Origin: Verrucomicrobiia bacterium
Lineage (GTDB): Bacteria > Verrucomicrobiota > Verrucomicrobiia > Limisphaerales > JAKPVM01
Length of the DNA stretch: 64,000 nucleotides
Assembly (NCBI GenBank): GCA_049968335.1
Contig: JBMFQZ010000008.1
Coordinates: forward strand, 877-64,876
Reading direction: 5' to 3'
Numbering within the stretch: the stretch's first letter is position 1; each line of letters opens with the position of its first letter. The translations under genes and the position numbers were made by a program. Below the pieces are notes generated by a model. It made no database searches. It had not been told where the DNA came from and saw nothing but the letters and a program-made list of their open reading frames with translations. Positions 11,392-20,773 of this stretch are shown one piece after another.

Positions 11392-12294
11392 TCAATTATT
11401 CAGGTTATGCGAATATCTTATTACAGCCTCCACCGGATAATGGTCTGATGGGTGCCTCCCTTCATCAGAGGTATAGTCTATCATTGAGTTAACAGTGGTT
11501 AAATCTGGCGTGTGTAAAATCCAATCAATCCTCTCGCCTGACCATCCCCCCTTCCATCCGTGAAACGAAGCCTCATACGGCGTTTTAACAAAATGAATTA
11601 CTCTAAAACTGTCAATCCATTTTTTATTTCCGCTTTCAATGAGATTCTTATACGTATCGGTATCTTCAGTCGCATTAAAATCGCCAGTCAAAATAACAGG
11701 ATATTTTTCCTCAAATTCAGCAAACTTTTTTCTTATCAATTTTGCAGACTCCGCCCTGGCGACTTTGCCAATATGGTCTAAATGGGTGTTTGCGTAAAGT
11801 ATTGTCCGATTTGCAACTTTGTCTTTAAGCAAAACATAGGTGCAAATGCGCGGGAGAGATGAATCCCAACTTTTGCTCCCGGCAACCTCCGGTGTCTCGC
11901 TTAACCAGAAATGACCTGTTTTTATTGCTTCAAACCGATTTGTCTTATAAAGAACAGGCGCAAATTCCCCTTTTCTCACGCCGTCTTCGCGTCCGACACC
12001 ATAAAATCCGTATGCAGGCAGATTCGTTCGCAGATATTCTCCCTGATAATACAAAACCTCCTGCATCCCGAGCAAATCAGGGTCAAACACCTTTATTGTT
12101 TGCAAGACAAGTTCTTTTCTAAATTGCCAGCCGTTAGTGCCGTCTTTTGCGTCGCCATATCTAATATTAAAACTCATCACTTTGATCGGCTCTGTTGCGG
12201 CAAAACTAACGGAACATAACAGCGACAAAACCACAAATATTGCCGCAAATAATTTTAAGCTATTTGCGGATATCCGACCGCTTTTAGTTCTCAT
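11392..12294 (-). CDS. Secreted endonuclease/exonuclease/phosphatase (EEP) family hydrolase
   Basis: VMSFNIRYG, LLGMQEV, ANTHLDH, LTGDFNA, PSDHYPV. The signal peptide begins at MRTKSGR (ATG 12294), which removes the overlap with xylB implied by ORF-track start 12336. Confidence 0.8.
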   Translation of the reverse strand: MRTKSGRISANSLKLFAAIFVVLSLLCSVSFAATEPIKVMSFNIRYGDAKDGTNGWQFRKELVLQTIKVFDPDLLGMQEVLYYQGEYLRTNLPAYGFYGVGREDGVRKGEFAPVLYKTNRFEAIKTGHFWLSETPEVAGSKSWDSSLPRICTYVLLKDKVANRTILYANTHLDHIGKVARAESAKLIRKKFAEFEEKYPVILTGDFNATEDTDTYKNLIESGNKKWIDSFRVIHFVKTPYEASFHGWKGGWSGERIDWILHTPDLTTVNSMIDYTSDEGRHPSDHYPVEAVIRYSHNLNN

Positions 12295-12313
12295 AAGACC
12301 GTGCTTGATATTG

Positions 12314-13849
12314 TTATTCGTATTTTCCAAGAACAAACTGGCGGTGGATAGAAAATACCTTTCTCAACGCCCGCGAGGTTTCATCCTGAATTGCCTGTAA
12401 CGATCTGTATATCTTCACATTCTCCTCAATCGGCGTTGTGGTCTCGTTGTTATTCAATTTCACAAACTTATCCGTGATTTCCTGAATTGTAACCTTTTCG
12501 CCTTTATTATTAAGCCAGCACCATAACGCCTGCAGAGCGGCGCCAAAAGCCGCGCCTTCAGCCACTTTCAATGTTACAACTTCGGCATTAAAGATATCCG
12601 CCATAATCCGCCGCCAGACTTTTGACTTTGAGCCGCCGCCTGTGGCGCGAATTTGCGTCGGTTTGATTCCAAGTTCTTCCAGCCGTCTCAGACCGTAGTT
12701 CATCCCGAGCGTAACGCCTTCCATTGCGGCGCGCGCAAAATGTCTTGCTTCAAAAGTCCGCACATTTACGCCAAGATAAACGCCGGTGCCATCGGGAACG
12801 TTCGGCGTTCTTTCTCCCTCTAAATATGGCAGGAGCAATAGACCTTCGCAGCCAACTGGCGCCTTGGCAACCTCTGAATCGAACTTGTCAATAGTCCAAC
12901 CAAAATCCCGTCTGACCATCTCGGTGGCGACTGTCACATTCATTGTGCAAAGCAGCGGCAACCAGCGATTTGTAGAATCGCAAAACGCCGCAATTTCGCC
13001 CAGCGGGTCAATTACCGGTTTTTCCGAGCAGGCGTAAATTGTGCCGCTTGTGCCAAAACTGGCTGTAATAACGCCTTCGCTGGTGTTGCCGGTTCCGATT
13101 GCCCCCATCATATTATCGCCGCCGCCGGCGCTCACCAGAGTTTTTGTAGTAAGTCCCAGCGCCTTTGCTGTAGATTCCTGAAGTGTCCCCACCGGCTGGT
13201 TGCTCGGCATCAAATGGGGCAATTTAGACTCAAGTTCAGGGTCTATCGCCGCTATTGTCGCTTTGCACCATTGACGCTTTTTCACGTCCATCAAAGCCGT
13301 GCCGCTGGCGTCGCCATATTCCATCACCTTTCTGCCGGTTAACCAAAAATTGAGATAATCGTGGGGCAAAAGCACGCAATCCAGTTTTTTATAATTCTCT
13401 GGCTCGTTCTTTTTAAGCCATAAAATCTTTGATGCGGTGAATCCTGGTAGAACCGCTATGCCCTGCTTTTTGATAGTGGCTTTGAACCCGCCGAGTTTCT
13501 CCATTATCTCTTCGCATTCAGCGGCAGTGGAAGTGTCGCACCAGAGTTTAGCGGGGCGTATCACCTCGCCGTTCTTATCAAGCGGGACAAATCCGTGTTG
13601 TTGTCCGCTAACGCCGATAGCGACAACTTCTTCTGCTTTTGCCTTTGCTTCTTTTAGCGCGGTCTTAATAGCCTTAGCAGCCGCATCGCGCCATGTATGC
13701 GGATGCTGTTCCTTTGCCCCCGGCGGCAAATCCGGTATTAATCCGTAAGAAGCCGAGGCTGAAGAGACCACCTTGCCAGTTTTTGCGTCAACCACCAATA
13801 CTTTGGTTGATTGCGTGCCACTATCAATTCCTATTACTAATGTTCTCAT
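12314..13849 (-). CDS. xylB: FGGY-family carbohydrate kinase, xylulokinase-like
   Basis: N-terminal LVIGIDSGTQSTKVLVVD. FGGY N- and C-domains (GVSGQQHGFVPLD, ATGGGSKSKVWRRIMADIF). Confidence 0.8.
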   Translation of the reverse strand: MRTLVIGIDSGTQSTKVLVVDAKTGKVVSSASASYGLIPDLPPGAKEQHPHTWRDAAAKAIKTALKEAKAKAEEVVAIGVSGQQHGFVPLDKNGEVIRPAKLWCDTSTAAECEEIMEKLGGFKATIKKQGIAVLPGFTASKILWLKKNEPENYKKLDCVLLPHDYLNFWLTGRKVMEYGDASGTALMDVKKRQWCKATIAAIDPELESKLPHLMPSNQPVGTLQESTAKALGLTTKTLVSAGGGDNMMGAIGTGNTSEGVITASFGTSGTIYACSEKPVIDPLGEIAAFCDSTNRWLPLLCTMNVTVATEMVRRDFGWTIDKFDSEVAKAPVGCEGLLLLPYLEGERTPNVPDGTGVYLGVNVRTFEARHFARAAMEGVTLGMNYGLRRLEELGIKPTQIRATGGGSKSKVWRRIMADIFNAEVVTLKVAEGAAFGAALQALWCWLNNKGEKVTIQEITDKFVKLNNNETTTPIEENVKIYRSLQAIQDETSRALRKVFSIHRQFVLGKYE

Positions 13850-14164
13850 AGCGCGTGATTTACAAACTTTCTACACAATCCCAAAAAATGTTGCAATTAT
13901 AATATTAAAAAAAGTCTGCATTCCCCTGAATCACCGTCATTGAAATTGAGCGCTTTATGTTGTAATCAAGCGAAACAAGACGCTATTTTTGAACGTGTTG
14001 CGTTAATGTTGAATGTCGGCAGCAACACCATCGTCCCGCTCGCGCGGTCTTGCTACCGCAGCCCAAAAAAGATTCACCTCTGTTAGGGTTTAAAAATGGT
14101 TATTTTACATTCTTAAATCCCAACATCTATGAGTGGCTAAAGATTTTAGATTTAAACGATAACA

Positions 14165-14194
14165 AATAAAAACCCGCCACTTTTTAATGGCGGG
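14165..14194 (-). terminator. Rho-independent terminator ending the alpha/rplQ operon
   Basis: Minus strand reads CCCGCCA-TTAAAAAG-TGGCGGG followed by TTTTTATTT, about 40 nt after the rplQ stop. Confidence 0.75.
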
Positions 14195-14235
14195 TGATAA
14201 TATTTTTTACAAGCAGGCTATAAATTTAGCGCTAA

Positions 14236-14775
14236 TTATCCTTTTTTCTCTTCGCCCGATTGAGACGACTGATTTTCTGCTGGCTTTTGTTCTGCGCTCT
14301 GTGGTTCAACTTTTTGCTCCTGTTTTGTCTCAGTCGCTGGCTGAGTGGTTTCTGGTGCGGCGGCTTTTGTTGTTTCTTGTCCTTTTGACGGAGCAGGGGC
14401 AGTCGCGCCAGCGGCAGGCATAGACTCTACCCATTCAAGAATTGCCATCTGAGCGGCATCCCCGCGTCTTTGATGCAATTTAATAATTCTTGTATAACCG
14501 CCGTTACGTCCGCTCTGGGCGGGAGCAATTTCTTGAAAGAGGATTTTGACGGCGTCTTTCTGGTGCAATTTTGCAATGGCATTTCTTCTTGCATGAAGCG
14601 TGCCTTTTTTGCCGAGTGTAACCATTTTTTCGGCAAGTTGACGCGCCGCTTTTGCCTTGGCGAGCGTTGTCACTACCCGTTTATGTGTTATCAAACTGCA
14701 GACCAGATTCGCGAGCATCATATTCCGGTGCTCGCTTTTTCGCCCTAATTTTGCTGTGCTTTTTAAGTGTCGCAT
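14236..14775 (-). CDS. rplQ: 50S ribosomal protein L17, with about 60 aa of C-terminal low-complexity extension
   Basis: MRHLKSTAKLGRKSEHRNMMLANL...GGYTRIIKLHQRRGDAAQMAILEWV, then a P/A/T/E/Q-rich tail. Synteny after rpoA. Confidence 0.96.
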   Translation of the reverse strand: MRHLKSTAKLGRKSEHRNMMLANLVCSLITHKRVVTTLAKAKAARQLAEKMVTLGKKGTLHARRNAIAKLHQKDAVKILFQEIAPAQSGRNGGYTRIIKLHQRRGDAAQMAILEWVESMPAAGATAPAPSKGQETTKAAAPETTQPATETKQEQKVEPQSAEQKPAENQSSQSGEEKKG

Positions 14776-14790
14776 AAATCAACTCAAGAC

Positions 14791-15822
14791 TTAACTATTA
14801 ACGATTTGATTAGATTTAGATTCTTCTTTAGGCGGCTCAAGAAGTTCAGGATCAAACTTCATACCGAGCGAGAGTCCTAAAGCCGCAAGTTTATCTTTGA
14901 TTTCGTTTAATGATTTCTTGCCAAAGTTTCTGTATTTCAACATCTCCTGTTCGGTCTTCATAGCCAGTTGACCGATTGTCGTGATGTTTGCGTTGTTTAG
15001 ACAGTTAGCCGCGCGCACGCTCAATTCAATTTCGTTAACGCTCATATTGAGCAGCTTGCGCATTTTGGATTTTTCATCGTCCTGTTTTTCAACAACCTGT
15101 TCAAATTCTACCTTGTTCTTGTCGTAACCGACAAATACATCAAGATGATGTTGCAATATTGCTGCTGCCTGAACAAGCGCGTCATCAGGGGTTATCCTCC
15201 CGTCAGTCCAGATTTCAAGAATCAGCTTGTCATAATCGGTGCGCTGTCCAACGCGAGCCGCTTCGACACTATAACGAACGCGCGTTACCGGAGAAAATAT
15301 TGAGTCAATCGGTATAACGCCAATCGGCTGGTCCGGCTTCTTATTCTCATCTCCCGGACAGAAGCCGCGACCGATCTTGATCTCAAGTTCCATCTCAAAT
15401 TTCTTCTTCTTATCCAGAGTACAGATAATTTGCTCCGGGTTGACGCATTCAACATTCTGATTAAGCTGAATATCGCCAGCCGTGACCGGTCCTTCTTTAT
15501 TGACCGAGAGTATCAACGTCTGCGGGTCGCGCGTGTTGTGAATCTTGAATTTAACCTTTTTTAAATTCAGCACGATGTCGGTAACATCTTCAACCACGCC
15601 TTCTATTGTGGTGAACTCGTGCATCGCGCCGTCAATCTTTACAGAGGTTATCGCCGCCCCTTCAAGAGAAGATAGCAGCACGCGGCGCAATGAGTTTCCA
15701 ATTGTGTATCCGTAGCCGGTTTCAAACGGCTCGGCTATGAATTTTGCATACGTCGCCGTAGCGGTTGCATCTTCTTTGACTAACCGCTTCGGCATTTCAA
15801 ACCTACCTAAACGAACAGGCAT
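14791..15822 (-). CDS. rpoA: DNA-directed RNA polymerase subunit alpha
   Basis: GNSLRRVLLSSLEGAAITSVKIDG; C-terminal domain ELSVRAANCLNNANITTIGQL. Confidence 0.97.
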   Translation of the reverse strand: MPVRLGRFEMPKRLVKEDATATATYAKFIAEPFETGYGYTIGNSLRRVLLSSLEGAAITSVKIDGAMHEFTTIEGVVEDVTDIVLNLKKVKFKIHNTRDPQTLILSVNKEGPVTAGDIQLNQNVECVNPEQIICTLDKKKKFEMELEIKIGRGFCPGDENKKPDQPIGVIPIDSIFSPVTRVRYSVEAARVGQRTDYDKLILEIWTDGRITPDDALVQAAAILQHHLDVFVGYDKNKVEFEQVVEKQDDEKSKMRKLLNMSVNEIELSVRAANCLNNANITTIGQLAMKTEQEMLKYRNFGKKSLNEIKDKLAALGLSLGMKFDPELLEPPKEESKSNQIVNS

Positions 15823-15933
15823 ATCTCTTTTTCCTTTCCAGCAATTTTAACCTGACTATTCCGAGCATCCCGCAAACCCAGAACAGCCCATATAATTGCC
15901 CGACGCGAATGAACGCGCCGATTGTTATTACTT

Positions 15934-16542
15934 TTAGCGGGAGTAAAATTCTACTACTGATTGCACGTTGGCTATGGGTTGAATTTCTTCCATAGTTGGA
16001 ATTCTCAACACCACGCCGCGCAACTTTTCTTTATCCACTGCAAGCCAGCCCGGGACAACCCGCGTAGTGGCTAATTCAAGTCCTCTTAAAGCGAGTTGTT
16101 TTGAAACCTTTGAATCTTTAACTTCAACAATGTCGTTGGGCTTCAAAGCGTAGGATGGAATATTAACTTTTTTACCATTAACCTTTATATGACCGTGCGT
16201 TACCATCTGACGCGCGGCAGGTCTGGTTGTGGCAAAACCGAGATGGTAAACCACATTGTCCAGACGCGTTTCAAGTATCTGGAGCATCGTCTCGCCAGTA
16301 ACGCCGCGTTTTTTAAGAGCCCGTTCATAAACATGACGAAACTGTCTCTCCATTAAACCGTAATAGTAGCGAAGTTTCTGCTTCTCCATTAAACCGATCG
16401 CAAAATCGGTCAGCTTCCTTCGCGCGCGCGGACCGTGAACGCCCGGCGGGTAATTTCTCCGTTCAAAATACTTGGAACCGCCATATATAGCAACTCCAAG
16501 CCTTCTGCTTATCTTGACTCGTGGACCTTTATATCTTGCCAT
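15934..16542 (-). CDS. rpsD: 30S ribosomal protein S4
   Basis: MARYKGPRVKISRRLG...; S4 RNA-binding domain; synteny. Confidence 0.97.
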   Translation of the reverse strand: MARYKGPRVKISRRLGVAIYGGSKYFERRNYPPGVHGPRARRKLTDFAIGLMEKQKLRYYYGLMERQFRHVYERALKKRGVTGETMLQILETRLDNVVYHLGFATTRPAARQMVTHGHIKVNGKKVNIPSYALKPNDIVEVKDSKVSKQLALRGLELATTRVVPGWLAVDKEKLRGVVLRIPTMEEIQPIANVQSVVEFYSR

Positions 16543-16582
16543 TTATTCTTTTCTCCGGTTAAAAGTTTAAATCTATTGGAGT

Positions 16583-17251
16583 TTACACACGACGTTTCTT
16601 TCTTGGACGGCAGCCATTATGCGGAATTGGCGTAACATCGCGTATAACTGTGATTTCCAGACCGATAGCCTGCAACGCTCGTATTGCGGCTTCGCGTCCG
16701 GCGCCAGGTCCTTTGACCTGAACCTCAACCTCTTTCATACCGTGCGCCATAGCTTGACGCGCCGCGTCTTGAGCAACCTGTTGAGCAGCATAAGCAGTGC
16801 TCTTTCTTGAACCTTTAAATCCTGCGCGTCCGGCGCTTGACCATCCAATAACATTCCCCTGCGCGTCGGTTATTGAAACAATCGTGTTGTTGAACGTCGC
16901 GTATATATGCGCTACGCCCGATGTAATATTTTTCGCGCCCTTGACCTTGACAATCTTCTTTGGCGCTAAATCTTCGCCAAGCAATTCGCTAACGCTTGGG
17001 GCTGATGTCCCAGCCTCAGCAGGCGCTCCGCCGCTTTTGGCTTCAGCCGCTGGCTGTTGCTTCTGCTCCGCCGCGCCAGCCTCCGGTTTCTCGGCTTTTT
17101 CCGCTTTTGGCGTTGCAGATTCCCCTTCAGCTTTGGCTTTTGCCTTCTCTTCCTTTTTCTCTTTCTGCTTTGAGAACTCTTGTTTAGCCTGCACTTCCGC
17201 AGGTTTTTGAGATTCCTGAGTGTTTTCTTTTTGTTCTTTTGACATAGTCAA
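16583..17251 (-). CDS. rpsK: 30S ribosomal protein S11, with about 95 aa of K/E/A-rich N-terminal extension
   Basis: The core [22 protein letters not shown]...[10 protein letters not shown] is canonical. The upstream 95 codons are stop-free and start 31 nt after rpsM. Confidence 0.93.
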   Translation of the reverse strand: MTMSKEQKENTQESQKPAEVQAKQEFSKQKEKKEEKAKAKAEGESATPKAEKAEKPEAGAAEQKQQPAAEAKSGGAPAEAGTSAPSVSELLGEDLAPKKIVKVKGAKNITSGVAHIYATFNNTIVSITDAQGNVIGWSSAGRAGFKGSRKSTAYAAQQVAQDAARQAMAHGMKEVEVQVKGPGAGREAAIRALQAIGLEITVIRDVTPIPHNGCRPRKKRRV

Positions 17252-17282
17252 TCAGTAATTAGTGGCTAAATAATAAAGGTTT

Positions 17283-17678
17283 TTAGTGAATTCCAGCTTT
17301 GGCGTTCGGATTGCGAACGACGCCGACAGTCTTGCGCGGTCCTTTGCGTGTGCGCGCGTTGGTTGACGTGCGTTGTCCGCGAACAGGCAAACCGCGCATA
17401 TGCCGGATGCCGCGATAGCATTTTATCGCCTGCAATCGTTTAAGGTTAAGACCGATCTCGCGACGCAGATCGCCCTCAATCACATACTTCCCTTCTTGAA
17501 TTGCATGGACAATTTTTGAGAGCTGCTGCTCTGTAAGGTCTTTTGCGCGGATTGAAGGGTCAATCCCGGCGCGCTCCAAAATCTCTTTGGAATTGGTTGG
17601 ACCAATCCCGTAAATATAGCGCAACGCGATGTCTATTCGCTTATCGCCCGGTATTTCAACGCCAATTATTCTTGCCAT
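17283..17678 (-). CDS. rpsM: 30S ribosomal protein S13
   Basis: [26 protein letters not shown]... Confidence 0.97.
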   Translation of the reverse strand: MARIIGVEIPGDKRIDIALRYIYGIGPTNSKEILERAGIDPSIRAKDLTEQQLSKIVHAIQEGKYVIEGDLRREIGLNLKRLQAIKCYRGIRHMRGLPVRGQRTSTNARTRKGPRKTVGVVRNPNAKAGIH

Positions 17679-17702
17679 AATCTTACAATACTCCGGTCTT
17701 TT

Positions 17703-17816
17703 TTAACCTTGTCTTTGTTTATGACGTGGGTTTTTACAAATTACGCGCACCACGCCTTTGCGCTTTATCACTTTGCAATTCTCGCAAAGTCTCTTTACCG
17801 ATGTTCGCACTTTCAT
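17703..17816 (-). CDS. rpmJ: 50S ribosomal protein L36
   Basis: Hand-translated; absent from the ORF track because it is under 60 aa. Sequence [37 protein letters not shown]. Canonical position between infA and rpsM. Confidence 0.95.
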   Translation of the reverse strand: MKVRTSVKRLCENCKVIKRKGVVRVICKNPRHKQRQG

Positions 17817-17867
17817 AACTCGTCTGTCCTGTATATATATTTGCTCAACAATTTTAAATCGCAACTT

Positions 17868-18101
17868 TTACCCGTTTTTACCCGTCTCAATCTTTTTTAT
17901 ATAGTGTCCTTTTGATAAATCAAAAGGCGACACTTCAACTACAATCGTCTCGCCTACGCTCCAGGTCGGTTCAGCATCAACTTGGCGCGCGGTTTTATAT
18001 GCCAGCATACAATGCCCGTTTTCAAGTTTTATTTTGCAAACCCGCTCCGAGAGCACTTCAATTATAACGCCCTCAGCGGGGATGGACTCGGCAAAACCCA
18101 T
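17868..18101 (-). CDS. infA: Translation initiation factor IF-1-like S1/OB-fold protein, divergent
   Basis: Canonical map-infA-rpmJ position. AEGVIIEVLSERVCKIKLENGHCMLAY...VVEVSPFDLSKGHYIKK aligns to the IF-1 pattern EG.V.E.L....F.V.LENGH...A......V.V..SPYDL..G.I. The central basic segment is replaced. Confidence 0.7.
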   Translation of the reverse strand: MGFAESIPAEGVIIEVLSERVCKIKLENGHCMLAYKTARQVDAEPTWSVGETIVVEVSPFDLSKGHYIKKIETGKNG

Positions 18102-18850
18102 GTTAATATTTCCGGTTCATCTTCTCTTACAAGCACGGTATGCTCAAAATGAGCCGACAGCGAACCGTCTTTGGTTACAACTGTCCATCCGTCCCGCAAT
18201 TGCATCACTTCAGCCCCGCCAGCATTCACCATCGGTTCAATCGCAATTGCCATCCCGTTCACAAGCAACGGAGACCGCGCGCCGTCCTGAACAAAGTTAG
18301 GTACCTGCGGTTCATCGTGCATCTTTTTGCCAATGCCGTGTCCAACAAACTCTCGCACAACATTATAGCCGTGCGCTTCCACATATTGCTGAACCGCTCG
18401 CGATATATCGCTTACCCGCTTGCCCGCAATCGCCTGCGCTATGCCTTTGTAGAGCGACTTTTCAGTAACATCCATCAACCTTTGCGCCTCTACACTGCAT
18501 CCACCCACAGGCACCGTGCAGGCATTGTCTCCCACAAAACCATCCAGCACCACGCCGATGTCAATGCTCAATATATCGCCAAACACAAGTCGCCGGCCGC
18601 TCGCCAGACCGTGCACCACCTGATCGTTCACCGATAAACAGGTGTAGCACGGATATTTCAATTTGCCTACGCGATATCCGTAAAAGGCGCTCTTGGCGCC
18701 GTAATACTTCATTCGCTCGGCGGCATACTCATCAAGTTCCTTCGTCGTAACACCGGGCTTAACCGCTTCTGCCACTTCTTTGAGCACCAGACCGGCAACA
18801 CGACACGCCTGTCGCATCGCTTCTAATTCCGGTCCGTCTTTAAATACCAT
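18062..18850 (-). CDS. map: Methionine aminopeptidase, type I
   Basis: Metal-ligand contexts GDILSIDIGVVLDGFVGD, EFVGHGIG, AIEPMV, SAHFEHTVLV. The 3' end overlaps infA by 40 nt. Confidence 0.95.
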   Translation of the reverse strand: MVFKDGPELEAMRQACRVAGLVLKEVAEAVKPGVTTKELDEYAAERMKYYGAKSAFYGYRVGKLKYPCYTCLSVNDQVVHGLASGRRLVFGDILSIDIGVVLDGFVGDNACTVPVGGCSVEAQRLMDVTEKSLYKGIAQAIAGKRVSDISRAVQQYVEAHGYNVVREFVGHGIGKKMHDEPQVPNFVQDGARSPLLVNGMAIAIEPMVNAGGAEVMQLRDGWTVVTKDGSLSAHFEHTVLVREDEPEILTWVLPSPSPLRAL

Positions 18851-18884
18851 AATTCAAAGTATGCAGGAGCGCCCGCGATGCTAC

Positions 18885-20270
18885 TTAGAACCGCCCGCGC
18901 AGACGTCCCTTGTTCAGGAACCCGTCGTAATGCCTCATCAATAGATGCGTCTCCATTTGACGCATCGTATCTAAAAGAACACCAACGGTGATCAAAATAC
19001 TTGTTCCACCGAAAAATGACGCCACAGAATACGGCACTTTCATCTGACTATACATCAGAATCGGTATAACCGCAATTATCGTTAAAAATACCGCGCCGGC
19101 AAGGGTTATCCTGCTCATCGCATGGTGCAGGTAATCGCTCGTCGCCTGTCCGGGACGCACGCCGGGTATATAACCGCCGTGCTTCTTCAAATCGTCTGCA
19201 ATCTGCAGTTCATTAAACTGCGTTGCAACCCAGAAGTAAGAGAAAAACAATATCAACGCCGCATAAACAAGCAGATAAAACGCCTGCCCCTCTCTCAAAT
19301 GCAACGCCATGCCAGAAAAAACATCTTTCAAAAACGCGCTCTTAACAACACCGCCAAGGAATGTGAAAAACTTTTCCGGAAACATCAACAATGCTTGAGC
19401 AAAAATAATCGGCATAACACCGGCGTAGTTAACCCGCAACGGCATATAAGAGGTTGCCCCTTGAAGGACACGGTTCCCAATCCTTCGCTGCGCGTATTGA
19501 ACAGCGACTTTCCGTTGAGCCTGTGTTACCGCCACGACACCGGCAACCACAGCGAACAACAAAAGCAACAAGGCAACCGCGTAGAATACAGAACGGTGTT
19601 GGATAAAGAACATATCTTTTAAAGCAATCATTGCTTGCGGTAGTCTTGCCAAAATTCCGATTGTGATAACAAGTGAAACACCGTTGCCGATGCCCCGTTC
19701 ACTGATCTGCTCGCCCATCCACATCAGCAGCAATGTGCCCACGGTCAATATAACAGTCGTCTGCAATCTATATGCCAAACCAGGGTCTTGAACAAGTTGT
19801 CCGGAAAATCCCGGGAATATGCTTGACGCATTCTCCCATGCAAGAGCCATAACGAAACCCTGTCCAAGACAGAGTATTACTGTTAGATATCGTCCGTATT
19901 GAATTAGTTTCGGGCGACCGCCTTCTTCTCTGGCTAACTTGCTAAGTTGCGGGATAACGGCTGTTAAAAGTTGAATGATAATCGTGGCGCTTATGTAGGG
20001 CATTATTCCGAGCGCTCCGATGGCGCAACGTTCAAGGGCGCCGCCAGTGAACATACTATACATTCCAAGAAGACCGCCGCCACCTTCTCTGCTTGCCGAA
20101 CGGGCAAGTTCTTCAAAATACCGAGACAGTTCGCCGCCATCCAGGCCGGGAATCGGTATCATTGCCACAAGACGGCATAGCCCAAGCACCAGCAATGTAA
20201 ATAAAATACGCGACTTTAGTTCCGGTATTTTGAAGCAGTTTGAAAAGGTTTCAATAATCTTCTTTAACAT
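18885..20270 (-). CDS. secY: Preprotein translocase subunit SecY
   Basis: 461-aa 10-TM protein, in synteny between rplO and map, with the typical C-terminal YDGFLNKGRLRGR. Confidence 0.96.
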   Translation of the reverse strand: MLKKIIETFSNCFKIPELKSRILFTLLVLGLCRLVAMIPIPGLDGGELSRYFEELARSASREGGGGLLGMYSMFTGGALERCAIGALGIMPYISATIIIQLLTAVIPQLSKLAREEGGRPKLIQYGRYLTVILCLGQGFVMALAWENASSIFPGFSGQLVQDPGLAYRLQTTVILTVGTLLLMWMGEQISERGIGNGVSLVITIGILARLPQAMIALKDMFFIQHRSVFYAVALLLLLFAVVAGVVAVTQAQRKVAVQYAQRRIGNRVLQGATSYMPLRVNYAGVMPIIFAQALLMFPEKFFTFLGGVVKSAFLKDVFSGMALHLREGQAFYLLVYAALILFFSYFWVATQFNELQIADDLKKHGGYIPGVRPGQATSDYLHHAMSRITLAGAVFLTIIAVIPILMYSQMKVPYSVASFFGGTSILITVGVLLDTMRQMETHLLMRHYDGFLNKGRLRGRF

Positions 20271-20291
20271 AAGCGCCTACATCCCGATTCC

Positions 20292-20753
20292 TTATTTTTT
20301 AGCCAGTTCCCATTTCCCGCCTGCTTTTTCAATAGCAGCCTTTGCCGAGGCGCTGAATGCCGACGCAACGACCGTCAGCTTTTTAGTCAATTCGCCTTTG
20401 CCTAAAATCTTAATCCCATCGGCTTTTCCATTGGCAAGTCCCATTTTTTTCATTGCCGCTTCATCAACAACGCTGCCATCTTCAAAGACATTCAAACTGC
20501 CAAGGTTCACCGGTATGTAAACGGTGGCAAAATTGGCGTTGTTAAATCCCCGTTTTGGAATACGGCGGACTAACGGCATCTGACCGCCCTCAAAACCGAT
20601 TCTGATTGAACCGCCCGAGCGCGCTGTTTGACCCTTGCCGCCGCGTCCGGATGTCTTGCCGTGACCGCTGGATTCGCCGCAACCAAGTCTCTTCTTCGGA
20701 TGTCTTGCGCCCGGCTTATTTGTTAAGGTGTTAAGTTTCATACTCGTAATCAA
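20292..20753 (-). CDS. rplO: 50S ribosomal protein L15
   Basis: GSGHGKTSGRGGKGQTARSG...GFEGGQMPLVRRIPKRGF. Confidence 0.96.
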   Translation of the reverse strand: MITSMKLNTLTNKPGARHPKKRLGCGESSGHGKTSGRGGKGQTARSGGSIRIGFEGGQMPLVRRIPKRGFNNANFATVYIPVNLGSLNVFEDGSVVDEAAMKKMGLANGKADGIKILGKGELTKKLTVVASAFSASAKAAIEKAGGKWELAKK

Positions 20754-20773
20754 ACTCTATTGCTTAAATTTTG

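Noticed and set aside
16797-17210. A 137-aa plus-strand ORF (A/S/F/P-rich) opposite the S11 N-terminal extension, which could suggest the region codes on the other strand.
   Set aside because: Its composition is simply the complement of the K/E/A-rich repeats. The minus-strand frame is contiguous with the canonical S11 core and has normal operon spacing to rpsM.
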